A program made the translations under genes and the position numbers. This document shows, in pieces, positions 7,579 through 10,650 of a DNA stretch of 10,650 nucleotides (position 1 is its first letter; each line of letters opens with the position of its first letter). Where the stretch lies: assembly GCA_016184305.1 (NCBI GenBank), contig JACPCX010000097.1, positions 1 to 10,650 on the forward strand, in the 5' to 3' direction. Under the pieces are notes generated by a model that saw nothing but the letters and a program-made list of their open reading frames with translations, made no database searches and had not been told where the DNA came from. The DNA comes from Candidatus Rokuibacteriota bacterium. Lineage in GTDB: Bacteria; Methylomirabilota; Methylomirabilia; Rokubacteriales; CSP1-6.

Positions 7579-8395
7579 CGCGGGCGCCGCCGAGCTTGCC
7601 CGCCCCCACGAGGCCCACGAAGAAGGCGTAGAGCTGATCGTACTCGTCGTAGCGCGCCTGGCCCAGCCGTGCCACGGTGTCCTCGCGCAGGCTGCGGTAC
7701 ATCTCGAGCCGGCGCCGCAGGATCTGGATCCACTCCCCCGAGAGGTCCTCAGCCTCGATGGCCGTGAAGCCGGCCCGCCCCAGCAGCGCGCGGTAGCCCG
7801 GAACCGTCTCGATGGCGACGGCGGCCATCCACTCCTCGAGCCGGCGCCGCTCTCCGTCCTCGAGCCTCGGCGCGGCGATCCAGTCGCTGAAGGCGATGCG
7901 CCCGCCGGGGCGGAGCACGCGGGCGCACTCCCTGAGCACGCGGCCCTTGTCCGGGACGTGCAGCAGTCCCTCCTGGCTGATCGCGGCATCGAAGGCGCCC
8001 CGGCGGAACGGGAGCTGCTGCGCGTCGCCGCGGATGCTCCGGACCAGTCGGTGGAGCCGCACGAGTCTCGACAGCGTGGCGTTGCCCAGGCAGCGGCCTG
8101 CGTTCAGGTCCAGCGCCGTGACGTGCGCCCCGAAGCGGTGGGCCAGGAAGCGCGCCGGGCCTCCGAGGCCCGCGCAGACGTCCAGCACCCGCGCGCCGGG
8201 CCCGATGGCGGCGCGCCGCGCCAGGGTCTCGACGGCCTCGAGCCCGCCGTAGTGGTCCTGGTCCCAGTCGTAGAGGTCCTCGGGGACGAGGGATCGAGTG
8301 TCCTTGCCCTGGCGCCGGAGCGCGTCCAGCACCTGCGGGAGGCTGATGGGATGCCGGTCATAGAAGTCGATCACGCCCGGCAGCAGCGTTGACAT
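7547..8395 (-). CDS. Class I SAM-dependent methyltransferase (Methyltransf_11 type, resembling sarcosine/dimethylglycine or other small-molecule N-methyltransferases)
   Basis: Motifs DQDHYGG, motif I VLDVCAGLGG, VTALDLN, GDAQQLPF..FDAAIS and ECARVLRPGGRIAFSDW. The 3' end overlaps the AsmA gene by 32 nt. The substrate cannot be determined from sequence. Confidence 0.9.
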   Translation of the reverse strand: MSTLLPGVIDFYDRHPISLPQVLDALRRQGKDTRSLVPEDLYDWDQDHYGGLEAVETLARRAAIGPGARVLDVCAGLGGPARFLAHRFGAHVTALDLNAGRCLGNATLSRLVRLHRLVRSIRGDAQQLPFRRGAFDAAISQEGLLHVPDKGRVLRECARVLRPGGRIAFSDWIAAPRLEDGERRRLEEWMAAVAIETVPGYRALLGRAGFTAIEAEDLSGEWIQILRRRLEMYRSLREDTVARLGQARYDEYDQLYAFFVGLVGAGKLGGARVSATAAPAAS

Positions 8396-8401
8396 GGCGG
8401 C

Positions 8402-8407
8402 AGTCTA
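8402..8407 (-). promoter_or_regulatory. Putative -10 element TAGACT 6 nt before the methyltransferase ATG (leaderless arrangement)
   Basis: The minus strand reads TAGACT-GCCGCC-ATG with no Shine-Dalgarno in between. Only a weak -35 (TTCTCC, 8430-8425) lies at 17-nt spacing. Confidence 0.55.
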
Positions 8408-8433
8408 TCCGTCCCGCGCGCTCGGGAGAAGCC

Positions 8434-8462
8434 TTGAAGTGACCGGACCCGTGTGGTACAAG
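8434..8462 (+). promoter_or_regulatory. Putative sigma70-type promoter upstream of the citrate synthase remnant
   Basis: TTGAAG (8434-8439), 17 nt including TG at 8454-8455, then TACAAG (8457-8462). The last base of the -10 is non-consensus. Confidence 0.45.
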
Positions 8463-8512
8463 AAGGCGTTTTCCCCCTGCCCCACCACAGCCAAGGGAGT
8501 ATCAGGGACGCC

Positions 8513-8647
8513 ATGACGAACGCCGCAGGATCCTCGGAGAAGGCCGGTCTCGAGGACGTCGTCGTGTCCACCTCGGAGATCTGTTTCATCGACGGACAGC
8601 AGGGCCGGCTCGTGTACCGCGGCTTCGACGTGGACGATCAGCGGTAG
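8513..8647 (+). pseudogene. Truncated citrate / 2-methylcitrate synthase, N-terminal 44 codons only
   Basis: AGLEDVVVSTSEICFIDGQQGRLVYRGFDVDD matches the conserved N-terminal GLEGV...S.IDG..G.L.YRGY.I.DL pattern of short-type citrate synthases. It ends abruptly at QR-TAG with no continuation in any frame. Purine-rich AAGGGAG/AGGGA lies upstream. Confidence 0.85.
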
Positions 8648-8655
8648 CTCTTCGG

Positions 8656-8704
8656 CTCCTCACCCCGCCCTCTCCCCCGAGGCGAGAGGGCGCGGCGTGA
8701 GGGG
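8656..8704. repeat. BoxC/REP-like palindromic element
   Basis: CCTCACCCCGCCCTCTCCCCCGAGGCGAGAGGG resembles the widespread CCCTCACCC..CCCTCTCCC..GGGAGAGGG repeat. CGCCCTCTC (8666-8674) pairs with GAGAGGGCG (8684-8692), and CCTCAC (8658-8663) pairs with GTGAGG (8697-8702). Only one copy is present in the window. Confidence 0.65.
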
Positions 8705-8725
8705 GAATCGCCTCACGTCGTGCCC

Positions 8726-9520
8726 ATGACCGTCAGCCTGGTCCTCGTCGTCTACAATCAGCTGCCGCTGACGCGCGCCTGCCTCGAGAGCCTCAGGCCG
8801 ACCACCGAGCCCTTCGATCTCTGCGTGGTGGACAACGGCTCCACCGACGGCACGGAGGCATACTTCACGGAGGGGCCGCTCGGCTCTCCGTTGCGGTATC
8901 AGCGGAACGCCGAGAACGTCGGGCTGATCCGGGCCCTCAATCAGGGGGCGCGGCTGTCGCAGTCGGAGTACCTCTGCCTGCTCCACAACGACACCGAGAT
9001 GCGTGCCCCGGAGTGGCTGGCGCGCCTCCGGGCGGCCGTCGAGGGCGCGCCGGGGGCCGGCCTGGCCGGGCTCCACGGCGCGCGCCGGCTGAGGCGGGAC
9101 GGGCGCTACGTGGGCCGCACCATCGTCTCGAGCCTCGCGGGGCGCGGCAATCTCCGTGCGCCGGTCACCGAGGTGGCTGCCGTGGACGGCGTGTGCCTGT
9201 TCCTCCGGCGCGCGCTGCTCGAATCGGTCGGCGGGTTCGACGAGGGTTACGGGTTCTTTCATGGCTACGATCGCGACCTGTCCTTCGCGGTGCGCGAGGC
9301 CGGGCACCGCTGCGTCGTGGTGCAGGCGCCGTTCCTCCACCACGGGGGCGGGACCCGGACGGGCCCCGAGGCGCCGCGCCCGCCCGAGCGGGACCTGACC
9401 GAGCGGCGCGAGGCCCTGGCGCGCTTCGCGCAGAAGTGGCACCATCGCCTCCCGAGCGACGTCCGCCGCCTCCCGGAGCGCGTCCGCGACTTTCTCTCGC
9501 CGCGCCGAGCGAGGGGATGA
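8726..9520 (+). CDS. Glycosyltransferase family 2 (GT-A fold); alternative GTG start at 8720
   Basis: Motifs VSLVLVVYNQ..TRACLESL, VVDNGSTDGT, NAENVG..RALNQG, YLCLLHND, GVCLFLRR..VGGFDEGY and YDRDLSF. Confidence 0.92.
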   Translation: MTVSLVLVVYNQLPLTRACLESLRPTTEPFDLCVVDNGSTDGTEAYFTEGPLGSPLRYQRNAENVGLIRALNQGARLSQSEYLCLLHNDTEMRAPEWLARLRAAVEGAPGAGLAGLHGARRLRRDGRYVGRTIVSSLAGRGNLRAPVTEVAAVDGVCLFLRRALLESVGGFDEGYGFFHGYDRDLSFAVREAGHRCVVVQAPFLHHGGGTRTGPEAPRPPERDLTERREALARFAQKWHHRLPSDVRRLPERVRDFLSPRRARG

Positions 9521-9621
9521 TCGCGTCCGTGGAGCCGCAGAACTTCTTTCACACCGACACGGGGGGCCTGGTCGTCTCTCCCGAGACCGGTCCCGCCACG
9601 AGGGAGAGCCGCCAGCCATGA
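9517..9621 (+). CDS. Possible small ORF (34 aa) linking GT2 and the DapF-like gene
   Basis: The ATG overlaps the GT2 stop (ATGA 9517-9520) and the TGA overlaps the dapF-like start (ATGA 9618-9621). Product MIASVEPQNFFHTDTGGLVVSPETGPATRESRQP; no family recognised. Confidence 0.35.
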   Translation: MIASVEPQNFFHTDTGGLVVSPETGPATRESRQP

Positions 9622-10487
9622 TTCCGTTCGTCAAGGGGCACGGCCTCGGAAACGACTACATCGTCATCGACGCCCAGGACCTGCCGGCGCCGCTGACGCC
9701 CGGGCAGGTGCAGCGGATCTGCGACCGGAACTGGGGCGTGGGGTCCGACGGGATCCTCCTGCTCGTGCCCGCGTGGACGGGGGCCGACTTCGGGCTCCGG
9801 ATCTTTAATCCGGACGGCAGCGAGGCCGAGAAGTCGGGCAACGGGCTTCGCATCTTCGCCAAGTACCTGCACGACCACGGCCGCGCGAGCCGTCCAGCGT
9901 TCACGGTGGACACCAAGGGGGGGCGCGTCGTCTGCCAGTGCCACGTGGCGGGCGGCCGCGTGGGCGAGGTGACGGTGGAGATGGGGCGGTGCACGTTCGT
10001 GGCGCCCGAGATCCCCATGACCGGCCCCGCGCGCGAGGTGGTGCGGGAGCCGCTCCAGGTGGGCGAGCGGACGCTCAGCGTCACGGTCGTCTCGGTGGGC
10101 AACCCGCATTGCGTGGTGTTCGCGGACCGGCTGGACGAGGCGGAGACGCGCCGGCTCGGCCCGCTCATCGAGAACCACCCCGCGTTCCCGAACCGGACGA
10201 ACGTGCAATTCGCCCGCGTGGCCTCCCGCTCAGAGGTGGACATCCTGATCTGGGAGCGCGGCGCCGGCTACACCCTGGCGTCGGGCTCCTCATCGAGCGC
10301 GGTGGCCTGCGCGGCCGTGAAGACCGGCCTCTGCGACCACGGGCTCGTGACGGTGCGGATGCCCGGCGGCACGCTGTCGGTGGACGTCCGGCCCGACTGG
10401 TCCATCTGCCTGCAGGGGCCGGTGGAGGAGGTCTACGCGGGGACCTTCTCCCGCGACTTCATGGACGCGCTGCGGCGCGTGGGCTAG
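9618..10487 (+). CDS. dapF: Diaminopimelate epimerase (DapF)-family protein, Ser/Ser active-site variant
   Basis: Motifs FVKGHGLGNDY, ICDRNWGVGSDG, RIFNPDGSEAE, VSVGNPHCVVF, FPNRTNVQF, WERGAG.TLA and MPGG.L. The canonical CGNG and ACGTG motifs read SGNG and ASGSS. AGGGAG lies upstream. DAP epimerase activity itself is uncertain. Confidence 0.9.
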   Translation: MIPFVKGHGLGNDYIVIDAQDLPAPLTPGQVQRICDRNWGVGSDGILLLVPAWTGADFGLRIFNPDGSEAEKSGNGLRIFAKYLHDHGRASRPAFTVDTKGGRVVCQCHVAGGRVGEVTVEMGRCTFVAPEIPMTGPAREVVREPLQVGERTLSVTVVSVGNPHCVVFADRLDEAETRRLGPLIENHPAFPNRTNVQFARVASRSEVDILIWERGAGYTLASGSSSSAVACAAVKTGLCDHGLVTVRMPGGTLSVDVRPDWSICLQGPVEEVYAGTFSRDFMDALRRVG

Positions 10488-10650
10488 AGGCCCGAGTGCT
10501 CGGCCTGCTCGAGGGCGGCGCGCGCCAGGGCCTCGACCCGGGGGGCCATGAGGCCGAAGCGCTCGTCGCGCGTCTGGCCGCGCTTCCAGCGGATGTAGAT
10601 CTGCTGGACGACCACCGCGGTCTTGTAGCGCGCGAAGACCTCGTAGAAGG
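10484..10650 (-). CDS. 3' end of an aminoglycoside-phosphotransferase-family protein (ACAD10/11 N-terminal-like kinase); start outside the window
   Basis: My translation of the minus strand gives FYEVFARYKTAVVVQQIYIRWKRGQTRDERFGLMAPRVEALARAALEQAEHSGL*. The K.AV..QQIY.R..RGQT.DERF pattern is characteristic of this family. It is absent from the ORF track because it lacks a start. Confidence 0.8.
   Translation of the reverse strand, partial: FYEVFARYKTAVVVQQIYIRWKRGQTRDERFGLMAPRVEALARAALEQAEHSGL

Noticed and set aside
8656..8704. Hairpin as an intrinsic terminator
   Set aside because: There is no U-tract after the stem on either strand.
9521..9617. Lysine riboswitch or T-box upstream of the dapF-like gene
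   Set aside because: The region is too short (97 nt) and I see none of the conserved elements of either RNA.
8660..9634. 324-aa minus-strand ORF and other ORFs overlapping GT2, dapF-like, asmA and the methyltransferase
   Set aside because: They are antisense or alternative-frame shadows of genes with clear family motifs.
8513..10487. Methylcitrate-cycle cluster (prpC remnant plus PrpF-like isomerase)
   Set aside because: The DapF-fold protein carries DapF motifs (GND, GNPH, WERG) rather than PrpF motifs, and no prpB, prpD or acnD is present.

Overview
Very GC-rich bacterial chromosomal window, densely coding, with no rRNA, tRNA, CRISPR array or intact mobile element visible. The Slp lipoprotein and AsmA-family gene suggest a diderm host. 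Gene order: 5'-truncated ABC-2 permease (+); non-catalytic M16 peptidase subunit (+); Slp lipoprotein (-); secreted hypothetical protein (+); quinone oxidoreductase (+); acyl-CoA ligase (+); AsmA-family protein (+); SAM methyltransferase (-); 44-codon citrate synthase N-terminal remnant (+); BoxC/REP-like hairpin; GT2 glycosyltransferase (+); DapF-like protein (+); 3' end of an APH-type phosphotransferase (-). The most striking signal is the DapF homolog: both catalytic cysteines are replaced by serine (SGNG, LASGSS) while the substrate-binding motifs are intact. It ends a putative transcript that starts with the citrate synthase remnant, passes through two mutually exclusive hairpins abutting the GT2 start codon, and is linked by a small ORF with ATGA overlaps at both ends. 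Other oddities are a duplicated qor 3' end, two probably leaderless genes and two convergent gene pairs sharing a CTAG. All family calls come from motif recognition by eye; no database search was run.
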